DNA from: Candidatus Latescibacterota bacterium
GTDB taxonomy: Bacteria > Latescibacterota > UBA2968
Length of the DNA stretch: 64,000 bases
Reading direction: 5' to 3'
NCBI GenBank assembly: GCA_965205975.1
Contig: OZ242195.1
Location: 3,264,001-3,328,000 of the forward strand
Under the pieces are notes generated by a model. It saw only the letters and a list, made by a program, of their open reading frames with translations, searched no databases and was not told the DNA's origin. The position numbers and the translations under genes were made by a program. Within the stretch, counting starts at the first letter, position 1; the number at the start of each line of letters is the position of its first letter. Shown here piece after piece: positions 50,219 through 64,000 of the stretch.

Positions 50219-50331
50219 CTCCTCCTGTAGCGAATCTACGAATCTACGAATCAGCGAATCAGCGACGGAGTTTGTAACAACTTTGGGAGTGGGGCGGGAT
50301 TCGTCTATTCGTCTATTCGCGCTTTTCTCGT

Positions 50332-52413
50332 CTATGCCTCTACCAACTCGCGATCGTGTTCGGAAGACTCAATAACCTTTTGCGTCACATCGTGAGGGGC
50401 AGACTCATAGTGGGAAAATTCCATAGTATAATCGCCTGTACCCTGTGTCATAGAGCGCAAAGAAGTCGAATATTTGTAAAGATCGGCCAGCGGAACTTCG
50501 GCGTGAATAACCTGGAAATTACCCTCGGGATCCATGCCTTGAATACGCCCGCGTCGCCCATTGAGATCCGCCATCACATCTCCCATATAGGAATCGGGAA
50601 CAACGACGCGAACCTTATAGATGGGTTCTAACAAAATGGGTTTGGCATCCATAAATGCATTTTGAAATGCGAAGGAACCGGCCAGCTTAAAAGCCATATC
50701 AGAAGAATCAACAGGATGGAAGGACCCATCGTAAACCGTGACCTGTGTATCGACAACAGGATATCCGGCGAGCACACCGCGTTGCATGCATTCCACAACA
50801 CCTTTTTCAACAGCCGGAATAAATTTTCCGGGAATCGCACCGCCTACAACCTCGTCTATAAATTCAAAGCCATCACCGCGCTGCCTGGGCGCAACACGCA
50901 AATAAGCTTCGCCATATTGACCACGCCCACCGCTTTGTTTTCTGTGACGATACTGCGCTTCTGAACGCGATTGAATGGTCTCGCGGTACGGTATTCGCGG
51001 TTCGGCCACTTCTATATCTACGCCAAACTTGTTCTTCAACTTGTCAAACACAACCGTCAAATGTAACTCGCCCTGTCCCTGGGCAATAATCTGACGCAAT
51101 TCCGAGTCATACCCGGCGACAAAGCTCGGGTCTTCTTCGTGAATGCTTTGCAATCCCGCGCTAATTTTGTCTTCGTCGCCTCGCGATTTGGGTTCTACGG
51201 CCACGCGAATCAAAGGGTGTGGAAATTCGACCGGTTGAATTTGCAAGCGCGTGTTTCTGCTGCAAAGCGTATTGCCCGTATGCGTATCCTTTAGCTTGAT
51301 CAACGCGCCAATATCACCTGCGCCCAAAACGTCCATATCCTCGCGCTTTCCGCCACTCATCGAATAAATTTGACCGATGCGCTCACTGGCTCGGCGATTG
51401 GGATTAAATACATCGTCGCCAGATTGGACACTACCGGAATACACGCGCAAAAATGACAGATCACCTACAGATTCGGAAATCGTTTTGAACACCACGGCAG
51501 CCAAAGGGTCATCATCGCTTACAGTAAGTGCCACTTCTTCTTCGGATCTTTCTTTATAAGCTGTGGGAATTGGTAAGTCGAGCGGACCGGGTGCGAATGC
51601 AGAAAGAAAATCGAGCAACAAATCGACCCCGATATTTTTGCTGGCGGCACTCAAAAAAATGGGAAACAAAGTGCGATTGACCATCCCAATTTTGACCCCT
51701 TGTGCAATCTCTTCGTCTGTCAATTCCCCTTCTTCTAAATAGCGCTCAATCAGGTCGTCGTCACTTTCTGCCGCCCCTTCAACCACCTGTTCCCTCAAGG
51801 TCTCAGCCTCATCTTGCCATTCCTCGGGAATCTCCGAAGCCTCTGCTTTACCATCGGTATAAGTTACCAATTTCATCTGCAAAACATCGATGATCTGATT
51901 AAACCCTTCGCCGGCATTGACCGGAATCTGAAAGGGAACAGCCCCATTTCCAAAATGCTCCTGAATTGCCGAAACCGCACCATCGCAATCGGCAAATTCC
52001 CGATCGACGTGATTGATTAAAAACACAGTTGCGCGATCAAATTCATCGGCAAAACCAAACGCCTTATCTGTCCCAATCTCTACACCACTGACCGCATTGA
52101 CCAGCGTAAGGGCAATATCAGATGCCCAAATCGCGGCTTTGGCATCGCCAATAAAGTCGGCATAACCCGGAGCATCCAAAATATTCATTTTGGTACCCTT
52201 CCAATCGCAGTGCAACATGGATGTACTGATAGAGATTTGGCGCTCAATCTCTGCATCGGTATAATCCGACATAGTATTTCCCTCATCGACTACCCCGAGT
52301 CGATTGGTTGCACCAGCAGAAAACATCATGGCTTCGGCAACGGACGTTTTGCCCGTGCCGCCGTGCCCCGAGAGGGCGATATTCCTGATATTTTCAGGTG
52401 TATATCTATTCAC
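50332..52413 (-). CDS. Elongation factor G paralogue (EF-G2-like)
   Basis: GHGGTGKTS, DAPGYADF, KQSGGRGQYG; divergent switch I (RQISI) and NHVD instead of NKxD; not in a str operon. Confidence 0.88.
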   Translation of the reverse strand: MNRYTPENIRNIALSGHGGTGKTSVAEAMMFSAGATNRLGVVDEGNTMSDYTDAEIERQISISTSMLHCDWKGTKMNILDAPGYADFIGDAKAAIWASDIALTLVNAVSGVEIGTDKAFGFADEFDRATVFLINHVDREFADCDGAVSAIQEHFGNGAVPFQIPVNAGEGFNQIIDVLQMKLVTYTDGKAEASEIPEEWQDEAETLREQVVEGAAESDDDLIERYLEEGELTDEEIAQGVKIGMVNRTLFPIFLSAASKNIGVDLLLDFLSAFAPGPLDLPIPTAYKERSEEEVALTVSDDDPLAAVVFKTISESVGDLSFLRVYSGSVQSGDDVFNPNRRASERIGQIYSMSGGKREDMDVLGAGDIGALIKLKDTHTGNTLCSRNTRLQIQPVEFPHPLIRVAVEPKSRGDEDKISAGLQSIHEEDPSFVAGYDSELRQIIAQGQGELHLTVVFDKLKNKFGVDIEVAEPRIPYRETIQSRSEAQYRHRKQSGGRGQYGEAYLRVAPRQRGDGFEFIDEVVGGAIPGKFIPAVEKGVVECMQRGVLAGYPVVDTQVTVYDGSFHPVDSSDMAFKLAGSFAFQNAFMDAKPILLEPIYKVRVVVPDSYMGDVMADLNGRRGRIQGMDPEGNFQVIHAEVPLADLYKYSTSLRSMTQGTGDYTMEFSHYESAPHDVTQKVIESSEHDRELVEA

Positions 52414-52515
52414 TGTAACCTCCTTAATATCAGTATTGGGAATTCAAAAAATGAGGCGCGTATAATTGCATAACAAACGGGTTTTGTCAAGCACTCTTTT
52501 GATCTTGTGTAACAC

Positions 52516-52550
52516 AAAAAAAGCCCGGATTTTTATATCCGGGCTTTTTT
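52516..52550 (-). terminator. rRNA operon terminator
   Basis: AAAAAAGCCCGGAT-loop-ATCCGGGCTTTTTT. Confidence 0.8.
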
Positions 52551-52555
52551 ATAAT

Positions 52556-52672
<117 letters not shown>

Positions 52673-52740
52673 AAAATTTAATCGAATATGAATTGAGCGC
52701 CAAAACAAAGCACAGAAGCGATCTGCTGAAAAGTGTTAAA

Positions 52741-55771
<3,031 letters not shown>

Positions 55772-55899
55772 AAAACAGGTTTTCAGCAGATCACTACTGT
55801 GCTCTGCAAAGAATCCATACTTCAGTTTGGCAAATTGTGTATACCCAATTCATATTCAATTGTCAAAGAGCAGTTGCAAATTCTGTTAAAATACAACTT

Positions 55900-55975
55900 T
55901 GGTGGAGATAACCGGGATCGAACCGGTGACCTCCGGCTTGCAAAGCCAGCGCTCTCCCATCTGAGCTATATCCCC
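55900..55975 (-). tRNA. tRNA-Ala(UGC)
   Basis: GGGGATATAGCTCAG...TTTGCAA...CTCCACCA cloverleaf. Confidence 0.96.
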
Positions 55976-55990
55976 AAATATTTTGTAGTT

Positions 55991-56067
55991 TGGTGGGCCT
56001 AAGTGGAGTTGAACCACTGACCTCGCGCTTATCAGGCGCGCGCTCTAACCAACTGAGCTATAGGCCC
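55991..56067 (-). tRNA. tRNA-Ile(GAU)
   Basis: GGGCCTATAGCTCAG...CTGATAA...GGCCCACCA cloverleaf. Confidence 0.96.
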
Positions 56068-56185
56068 GCCTTAAAAAGCCGGGAAAAATCCCGGCCTTTC
56101 AAAAACCAAATAACGTGCACATGCCAAACCTGGTATTGACCTTAGGAGTAGATGTAAGCGCCTGTGGCCTTACATCGCGTCTCCC

Positions 56186-57735
<1,550 letters not shown>

Positions 57736-57840
57736 AAAAATGAGAGAGCCCATATTATGGGCTTTTTTTGCAAATTACTGAAATTCTCAAGAAACCTTGA
57801 GAACCTACCAAGCTTTTGAATAACACATGCACGTTATTTG

Positions 57841-57923
57841 ATTTTCAAAGAACAAAATAGGCACTCTTGACTTACAAAGTGCCGGTAAGGGATAAATCTA
57901 TCAAATCGACATTTGTAAGTCAA
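57841..57923 (-). promoter_or_regulatory. rRNA promoter and leader boxA
   Basis: TTGACT-17 nt-TAGATT (57923-57895); boxA-like TGTTCTTTGAAA (57854-57843); spacer boxA TGCTCTTTGACA at 55872-55861. Confidence 0.7.
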
Positions 57924-57994
57924 GCAAAATTCTGCACCATTTTTGATGCAGAGAGCGAAATATATAAAACAAGAATGCGAAAGTCAAACTATTT

Positions 57995-58477
57995 TCAAAA
58001 AAACTCCCCTCTCACACGGCCTTCTTCAACATCTGCTTCACCATCAAACTGCCTCAAATAGCGCACTGCCCGCTCCATATCTTTTTTTACCCAGGCGTCG
58101 GGTTCAGACGCCATAGCGCGTTCAAGTGCTGAAATAGCTTCAGGCTCTTCAATTTGCATCAATGACCATGCGACAATCTGGCGCACATCCCGGTCTTTGT
58201 CTCCAAGCATTCGGATCAGATCGCGCAATGCTTCCTTCGCCCGCAACATTCCCAACGCCCAGGCTGCCTTTGTGCGCACAGATGTGACAGTGTCGCGCAA
58301 AGCAGCACGCAAATGGGGAACAGCCTCAAAAACTCGCTGTGCGCCCAAAAAGGCAGCAGCATCAATGCGCTGATCAACCGAACCCGACCGCAATTGATGA
58401 AGATAATCGCCATGTGGCGAGCTACAGCCACATAAAAAAAGCAAAAGTACCGGCAGTATTTTTTTTAATTTATACAT
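57995..58477 (-). CDS. HEAT-repeat lipoprotein
   Basis: Lipobox LCGC; repeats [19 protein letters not shown]. Confidence 0.8.
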   Translation of the reverse strand: MYKLKKILPVLLLFLCGCSSPHGDYLHQLRSGSVDQRIDAAAFLGAQRVFEAVPHLRAALRDTVTSVRTKAAWALGMLRAKEALRDLIRMLGDKDRDVRQIVAWSLMQIEEPEAISALERAMASEPDAWVKKDMERAVRYLRQFDGEADVEEGRVRGEFF

Positions 58478-59754
58478 GCTTTTAGGGCTTCGTAATTTGC
58501 CTTGATAGTCGCGTCAATATCCGCGTCGGAATGAGCCAGAGAGACAAACGCAGCCTCAAACTGCGACGGAGCCAGATAAACACCTCGATTGAGCATCTCT
58601 CGAAAATACCGGGCGAACAAATCCTGATCACACGCATTGGCAGCATCGAATGACGCCACAGGTGCTTCCGTAAAAAACAAGGTCATAATCGACCCCACCC
58701 GATTGGTCTGATATTTCAATCCCAGAGATTTTAAGTTTTCCAGAATACCTGTCTCCAGAGTCTGCGCTTTTGCCTCCAACGCCTCATAAACACCCGGTTC
58801 TTGCAATCGCCTGAGTGTCTCATATCCCGCTGTCATAGCCAGGGGATTGCCCGACAATGTGCCGGCCTGCGACACCATTTTTCCCAGAGGCGAAATATCT
58901 GACATAATTTCTCGCCTGCCACCAAAAGCACCAACGGGCAACCCACCGCCAATAATCTTCCCCAGAGTCGTCAAGTCTGGCGTCACCCCATAAAGCTCCT
59001 GCGCCCCACCCTGGCTGACGCGAAACCCGGTGATGACCTCATCGAAAATCAGCACAATGCCCATCTCTGCCGTTATATCTCTCAACCCCTGCAAAAACCC
59101 TGGTGCCGGCGGAATCACCCCCATATTGCCAGCCACAGGCTCAACAATAACAGCCGCGATCTCATCCCTATTTTCCACAACGGCTTTTTCAACAGCTTCC
59201 AGATCATTAAAAGGCACAGTAATCGAATCCGCTGCAGTTCCAGGTGTAACCCCCGGACTGCTCGGCGCGCCCATCGTAAGTGCTGAAGACCCCGCCTGAA
59301 TCAGAAAACTATCGGCATGCCCGTGCCAGCATCCCTCAAATTTGACAATTTTGTTTCGCCCCGTGTGTCCGCGAGCCAGCCGAATAGCCGACATCGTGGC
59401 TTCTGTACCCGAATTTACCATCCGCACCATTTCCACGCTCGGCACCATTTCGGTGACCAATTGAGCCATCTTCACCTCAATTTCTGTCGGCGCGCCAAAA
59501 CTCGTGCCCCCAGCAGCCGCTGCATTGACAGCCGCGACAATTTCTGGATGTGCATGGCCCAAAATAAGCGGTCCCCAGGAACCCACAAAATCGATATAAG
59601 ATGCCCCATCGGCATCGACAATTCGCGCCCCCTCACCTTTCACAATAAAGAGCGGATCACCACCTACGGGGCCATAAGCTCTTGCGGGACTATTCACACC
59701 GCCGGGAATCACCTGTTGTGCTGCGTCAAATAGCGTTTTTGAACGCGTATTCAA
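58465..59754 (-). CDS. hemL: Glutamate-1-semialdehyde 2,1-aminomutase
   Basis: [33 protein letters not shown]. Confidence 0.97.
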   Translation of the reverse strand: MNTRSKTLFDAAQQVIPGGVNSPARAYGPVGGDPLFIVKGEGARIVDADGASYIDFVGSWGPLILGHAHPEIVAAVNAAAAGGTSFGAPTEIEVKMAQLVTEMVPSVEMVRMVNSGTEATMSAIRLARGHTGRNKIVKFEGCWHGHADSFLIQAGSSALTMGAPSSPGVTPGTAADSITVPFNDLEAVEKAVVENRDEIAAVIVEPVAGNMGVIPPAPGFLQGLRDITAEMGIVLIFDEVITGFRVSQGGAQELYGVTPDLTTLGKIIGGGLPVGAFGGRREIMSDISPLGKMVSQAGTLSGNPLAMTAGYETLRRLQEPGVYEALEAKAQTLETGILENLKSLGLKYQTNRVGSIMTLFFTEAPVASFDAANACDQDLFARYFREMLNRGVYLAPSQFEAAFVSLAHSDADIDATIKANYEALKACIN

Positions 59755-59880
59755 ATTACACCTCCGTGAGAAGACAAATAGAATTTCGAGACAACATCTT
59801 AATTACACCTCTCACTGTATCCTGTCAAGCTAATTCCTCCGCTTGCAAAACACGATCACAATCCGTATATTATCTGCACA

Positions 59881-59954
59881 GCGGCAGTAGCTCAATTGGA
59901 CAGAGCATCTGGCTTCGGACCAGAGGGTTGGGGGTTCGAGTCCTCTCTGCCGCA
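59881..59954 (+). tRNA. tRNA-Arg(UCG), CCA not encoded
   Basis: Acceptor GCGGCAG/CTGCCGC; anticodon arm TCTGG-CTTCGGA-CCAGA; upstream TTGCAA-17-TATATT; downstream hairpin 59963-59998. Confidence 0.92.
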
Positions 59955-60009
59955 CTTTATTTTTCAGGCACTTAAAAATTAAGTGCCTGAATTTTTTTCA
60001 TTTTTTATC

Positions 60010-62760
60010 ATGTCAATGAGCGATACAATCACCATCAGAGGTGCGCGTCAGCACAACCTCAAAAATATCGATCTGGATATTCCGCGCAACTGCCTCGTCG
60101 TCATCACCGGACCATCGGGGTCGGGAAAATCGTCGCTGGCCTTCGATACGGTCTATGCCGAAGGGCAACGCCGTTATGTGGAATCGCTATCCGCTTATGC
60201 GCGGCAATTTCTCGATCTCATGGACAAACCCGACGCCGACAGCATAGAAGGTCTCTCACCTGCTGTGGCAATCCAACAACGCGGCATCCCCCGCACACCG
60301 CGATCAACAGTGGGCACCATAACCGAAGTCTATGACTACTTGCGTCTCTTATTCGCCAGAATAGGCACGCCGCATTGTCCGATATGCAGCCAGACCATTG
60401 TGCGCCAGAGCGTCGCGCAAATTGTCGATCGCGTACTCGCACTGCCCGAAGGACAACGCCTCCAGATACTCGCGCCCTTGATCCGAAATGCCAAAGGCAC
60501 CCACCTGAGTACTTTCAACCAGTTGCGCAAGGAAGGCTATCTCAGGGTGCGCGTTGATGGCGAAGTTGCGTCACTGGATAGCGATATCGTTCTCGATAAA
60601 AAAATAGCGCACAATATCGAAGCCGTCATCGACCGCCTCGTTGTGCGCACGAACATGGCCGCACGCCTCGCGGACTCACTCGAAACAGCCCTCGACCTTG
60701 CCAACGGCACAGCCACACTCGACATCATTGACGATGAGGAATGGACGTTTTCCACGCGCTTTGCCTGCACAGAAGGCCACTTTGAAATCGAAGAAATAGA
60801 ACCGCGTCTCTTTACCTTCAACAGCCCGCACGGCGCTTGCCCCACTTGCAGCGGTACGGGTACAGTTTTTGAAGTCGATCCCGATCTCGTCGTACCCGAT
60901 CCTTCAAAATCCATCCTCGAAGGCGCGATTGCCCCCTGGGGTATCCCCAAGGGCAAACGCCAGGTAGAACAACTTCAACGCCTATCGCGCAACCTATCAT
61001 TCGATCCCTCAACACCCTTTTCCAAACTTTCCAAAACCGTTCAAAGAACAATCCTCAGAGAAAAAGCTGGCGTTATACCCGATCTCCAGCACCAATACAA
61101 AGAAGCTACCTCCGATGAAGCACGGGAAAAAATCGAACGTTTTATGCGCGGGCAAACCTGCCCCACCTGCCAGGGCACGTGCTTGCGCCCAGAAGCTCTC
61201 GCCGTCACAATTTCCAATTCTACAATTGCCGACATTGCCAGCATGCCCATTGCAAAAATCGGGCAATTCTTCCAAACTCTGGACCTCAAAAACAACGCAG
61301 CCGAGATCGCCGCCCCCCTCATACGCGAAATTGAAAACCGCCTTGCATTTCTCGTCGATGTCGGCGTGGGGTATCTCGCGCTCAATCGCAGAGCCGCAAC
61401 GCTTTCAGGTGGTGAATTTCAGCGCATTCGCCTCGCCACACAAATCGGAACCCGCCTCGTCGGTGTTCTCTACGTACTCGACGAACCCAGTATAGGCTTG
61501 CACCCCCGCGACAATCGCAAACTCATCGACACCTTCTGCAACCTGCGCGATTTGGGCAACTCGGTCATCGTGGTCGAACACGACCGCGAAGCCATGCAAA
61601 TGGCCGATCATCTCATCGACCTGGGGCCAGGCGCGGGCGAACAAGGCGGCAAAATTATCTCACAGGGACCGCCAGAAACCGTGATCGCCGACGAAAATTC
61701 TCTCACTGGCAATTATCTCTCCGGTCGAAAAACCATTCCTCTCCCCCCCGACATTCGCCAACCTCGTGGGCATCTCTCAATCAGGGGCGCCAACGGACAC
61801 AACTTGCAAAACATCGATATCGATATTCCACTGGGGGTCTTTGTATGCGTCACCGGCGTATCCGGCTCGGGCAAAAGCTCGCTCATCAATCACACCCTGT
61901 ATCCCGCGCTCGCCCGGCAACTCCATCGCGCCAGCACAGAACCCTTATCCCACACATCTATCGAAGGCGTTGAACAAATCGACAAAGTCATTCGCATAGA
62001 CCAATCCCCAATCGGGCGCACCCCGCGATCAAATGCCGCCACATACACGGGCCTCTTCACAGCAATACGCGAACTCTATGCCCAACTGCCCGAATCCCGA
62101 GTGCGCGGTTACGGTGCCGGGCGCTTCAGCTTCAACATCAAAGGCGGGCGCTGCGAAGCCTGCCAGGGCGATGGCCTGCGCCGTATCGAAATGCACTTCC
62201 TGCCCGATGTTTTCGTCACCTGCGACGTATGCGGTGGCAGTCGATACAACAGAGAAACCCTTGAGATCCGATACAAAGGCACTTCAATTGCCGACGTCTT
62301 AAACCTCACAGTAAATCGTGCCCGAACCTTCTTCCGCAACATCCCAGCCGCACAGCGACAACTCAAATCACTCGCCGACGTGGGCCTGGGTTATCTCCGC
62401 CTCGGTCAACCGGCCACATCCCTCTCTAGCGGCGAGGCACAGCGCGTCAAACTCGCAACCGAACTGGCGCGAACCGCCACGGGCAAAACGCTTTACCTCC
62501 TTGACGAACCCACCACGGGATTGCACTTTGACGACATCCGCGTCCTCATCGAAGTACTCGACCGCCTCGTTGACCGCGGCAACACCATCCTCATCATAGA
62601 ACACAACCTCGACATCGTCAAACGCGCAGACTGGGTCATCGACCTCGGACCCGACGCAGGTGAAGACGGCGGACACATCGTCGCAACCGGTACGCCAGAA
62701 ACCATCGCCCAAAATCCATCTTCTCACACGGGCTGTTTCCTCAAAGAGTATCGCGGATGA
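60010..62760 (+). CDS. uvrA: Excinuclease ABC subunit A
   Basis: Two ABC domains ([18 protein letters not shown]), zinc-finger CxxC motifs, LSGGE signature. Confidence 0.97.
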   Translation: MSMSDTITIRGARQHNLKNIDLDIPRNCLVVITGPSGSGKSSLAFDTVYAEGQRRYVESLSAYARQFLDLMDKPDADSIEGLSPAVAIQQRGIPRTPRSTVGTITEVYDYLRLLFARIGTPHCPICSQTIVRQSVAQIVDRVLALPEGQRLQILAPLIRNAKGTHLSTFNQLRKEGYLRVRVDGEVASLDSDIVLDKKIAHNIEAVIDRLVVRTNMAARLADSLETALDLANGTATLDIIDDEEWTFSTRFACTEGHFEIEEIEPRLFTFNSPHGACPTCSGTGTVFEVDPDLVVPDPSKSILEGAIAPWGIPKGKRQVEQLQRLSRNLSFDPSTPFSKLSKTVQRTILREKAGVIPDLQHQYKEATSDEAREKIERFMRGQTCPTCQGTCLRPEALAVTISNSTIADIASMPIAKIGQFFQTLDLKNNAAEIAAPLIREIENRLAFLVDVGVGYLALNRRAATLSGGEFQRIRLATQIGTRLVGVLYVLDEPSIGLHPRDNRKLIDTFCNLRDLGNSVIVVEHDREAMQMADHLIDLGPGAGEQGGKIISQGPPETVIADENSLTGNYLSGRKTIPLPPDIRQPRGHLSIRGANGHNLQNIDIDIPLGVFVCVTGVSGSGKSSLINHTLYPALARQLHRASTEPLSHTSIEGVEQIDKVIRIDQSPIGRTPRSNAATYTGLFTAIRELYAQLPESRVRGYGAGRFSFNIKGGRCEACQGDGLRRIEMHFLPDVFVTCDVCGGSRYNRETLEIRYKGTSIADVLNLTVNRARTFFRNIPAAQRQLKSLADVGLGYLRLGQPATSLSSGEAQRVKLATELARTATGKTLYLLDEPTTGLHFDDIRVLIEVLDRLVDRGNTILIIEHNLDIVKRADWVIDLGPDAGEDGGHIVATGTPETIAQNPSSHTGCFLKEYRG

Positions 62761-62802
62761 CGCGGATTAACGGATGACACGGATTAAAAAGTCGTTGAAA
62801 AT

Positions 62803-62840
62803 AAAAAGTGCCCCGACAAATATCACCGGGGCGTTTTTTA
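62803..62840. terminator. Bidirectional terminator after uvrA
   Basis: A-run-GTGCCCCG-loop-CGGGGCG-T-run. Confidence 0.65.
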
Positions 62841-62966
62841 ATATTTCCCATTCTGTACACAATCGTTCAGACACTCCGAATTGTGGATATCAAAGCGAAT
62901 CAAAAAAAGATATTCAATGGCGCGTTCCCTGTTCCTTTACTCTAATGCCCATTGTCAAAATGTCGC

Positions 62967-63374
62967 TTATTTGTGATCGTCTATTCCACTCCCATTTTTC
63001 TCTTTTAGTGCCGCACGGATGACCGCCAGGTCAATATTCGGATATTTCTCTTGAATTGTCGCAAATACTTCCTGGTGTCCCTCTTGCCGACCTTCTTCGT
63101 AGCGTTTTCTGCGATATTTTTCAATTGGAACAAGCATGAGATTCCTGCCCTCCATTAAAAAAAATGTTAAGGTGATTGCCGAAAGACCTATTGGGCCAAT
63201 AATTTTTATGGAATCAAAGATCGCCTCATTGGTGAAACCATCTTGCATAATATGACAAAGGGCAAACCACAACCCAACAGCAAAGAATGCCAAAGAGAGG
63301 CCTACAAAGAACAATCTTTCCCTATCCCCAACACTCCAAATGGATACTCTTTCGCCGTCTGTTTTTCCTACCAT
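62967..63374 (-). CDS. Hypothetical two-TM membrane protein with C-terminal EEGRQEG motif
   Basis: 135-aa ORF, two hydrophobic helices and a charged tail. Confidence 0.6.
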   Translation of the reverse strand: MVGKTDGERVSIWSVGDRERLFFVGLSLAFFAVGLWFALCHIMQDGFTNEAIFDSIKIIGPIGLSAITLTFFLMEGRNLMLVPIEKYRRKRYEEGRQEGHQEVFATIQEKYPNIDLAVIRAALKEKNGSGIDDHK

Positions 63375-63431
63375 AATCCAATCCAGTGAAGCCGTGCCCT
63401 ATGCACTGTAAAGTGTCAGACACTATTTGAG

Positions 63432-63692
63432 TCATGGGAAAAAAACGCGATAGAGCGCACACGCCGCAATAACCGCCGCAATCGTTGTTGCCCAACGCCA
63501 GCGGTTGACCTCACCGATTTTGCTATCCACTGCGTCAAAACGCGAGAGCAAAAACTTGTTGTCTTCGCGCAGGCCGTTGATTGCCTGAACCAGCATCATT
63601 TGAGCGTCCTCAAAGCGTTTGCTGAACTGGTCAAATTGCCCCTCTTGTTTGGCTTGCTTTTGGGCAATACCTTCAATGGTTTCAGTAGCCAT
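63432..63692 (-). CDS. Small coiled-coil protein with C-terminal TM helix
   Basis: RFDAVDSKIGEVNRWRWATTIAAVIAA; likely start 63692 after AAGGG. Confidence 0.55.
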   Translation of the reverse strand: MATETIEGIAQKQAKQEGQFDQFSKRFEDAQMMLVQAINGLREDNKFLLSRFDAVDSKIGEVNRWRWATTIAAVIAACALYRVFFP

Positions 63693-64000
63693 GTGCAATC
63701 CCTTTTCTGCCAGTGATCCGAACATATCCAAATCTATTTGATTTCACACGTCGCGTCAAGTCTCCGATGATCCACGGATGAGATCCATGAGACCCTTCCT
63801 GATTTGGAACACACGCAACTGTCAGAATCCAAAGCAAATATCATGCCAATGTCACAGCATCGCGCGACAAATTGTATGGACAGCACTCAAATACCCGTAT
63901 TATGTCCTTGTTCACAACCTGAATTTAAATCCGCAGATGGCCGCAGATGGGCACAGATGAAAGGCGAAAGGGTACATTTTGAGCTATTAATGCGTGGTCA

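Noticed and set aside
59955..60010. Integrative element at tRNA-Arg
   Set aside because: The tRNA is followed directly by a hairpin and uvrA; there is no integrase or duplicated tRNA 3' end.

Overview
Bacterial chromosomal window of roughly 50% GC, standard genetic code, diderm (TonB-dependent receptors, LptE). Gene style (dockerin/EF-hand-like C-terminal tags, a DUF6785-type membrane protein, PhyH dioxygenase, several REP-like families) resembles Latescibacterota/Poribacteria-like uncultured lineages; this is inference and the 16S should be classified. Housekeeping content: ilvB with a leader-peptide attenuator, archaeal-type pheS-pheT under a Phe T-box, form II coxSLMG, cysK, yebC-ruvCAB-tsaB-rimI, prpBCD, an EF-G paralogue, a full minus-strand rRNA operon (16S-tRNA-Ile-tRNA-Ala-23S-5S), hemL, tRNA-Arg(UCG) and uvrA. 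Main hidden signal: two tandem paralogues (18964-21183 and 16994-18907, minus strand) that the ORF track truncates. Each has a signal peptide and a thioredoxin/TlpA-like domain with an in-frame TGA at codon 55 in a U-P-T-C motif, followed by a SECIS-like hairpin, then 5 or 4 Ig-like repeats and a dockerin/EF-hand-like tail. They are probably exported multi-domain selenoproteins. Nearby are a membrane-tethered ECF sigma factor with three T9SS-CTD/FlgD-like repeats and a TPR-TlpA protein. Product calls come from motif recognition only; no database searches were run.
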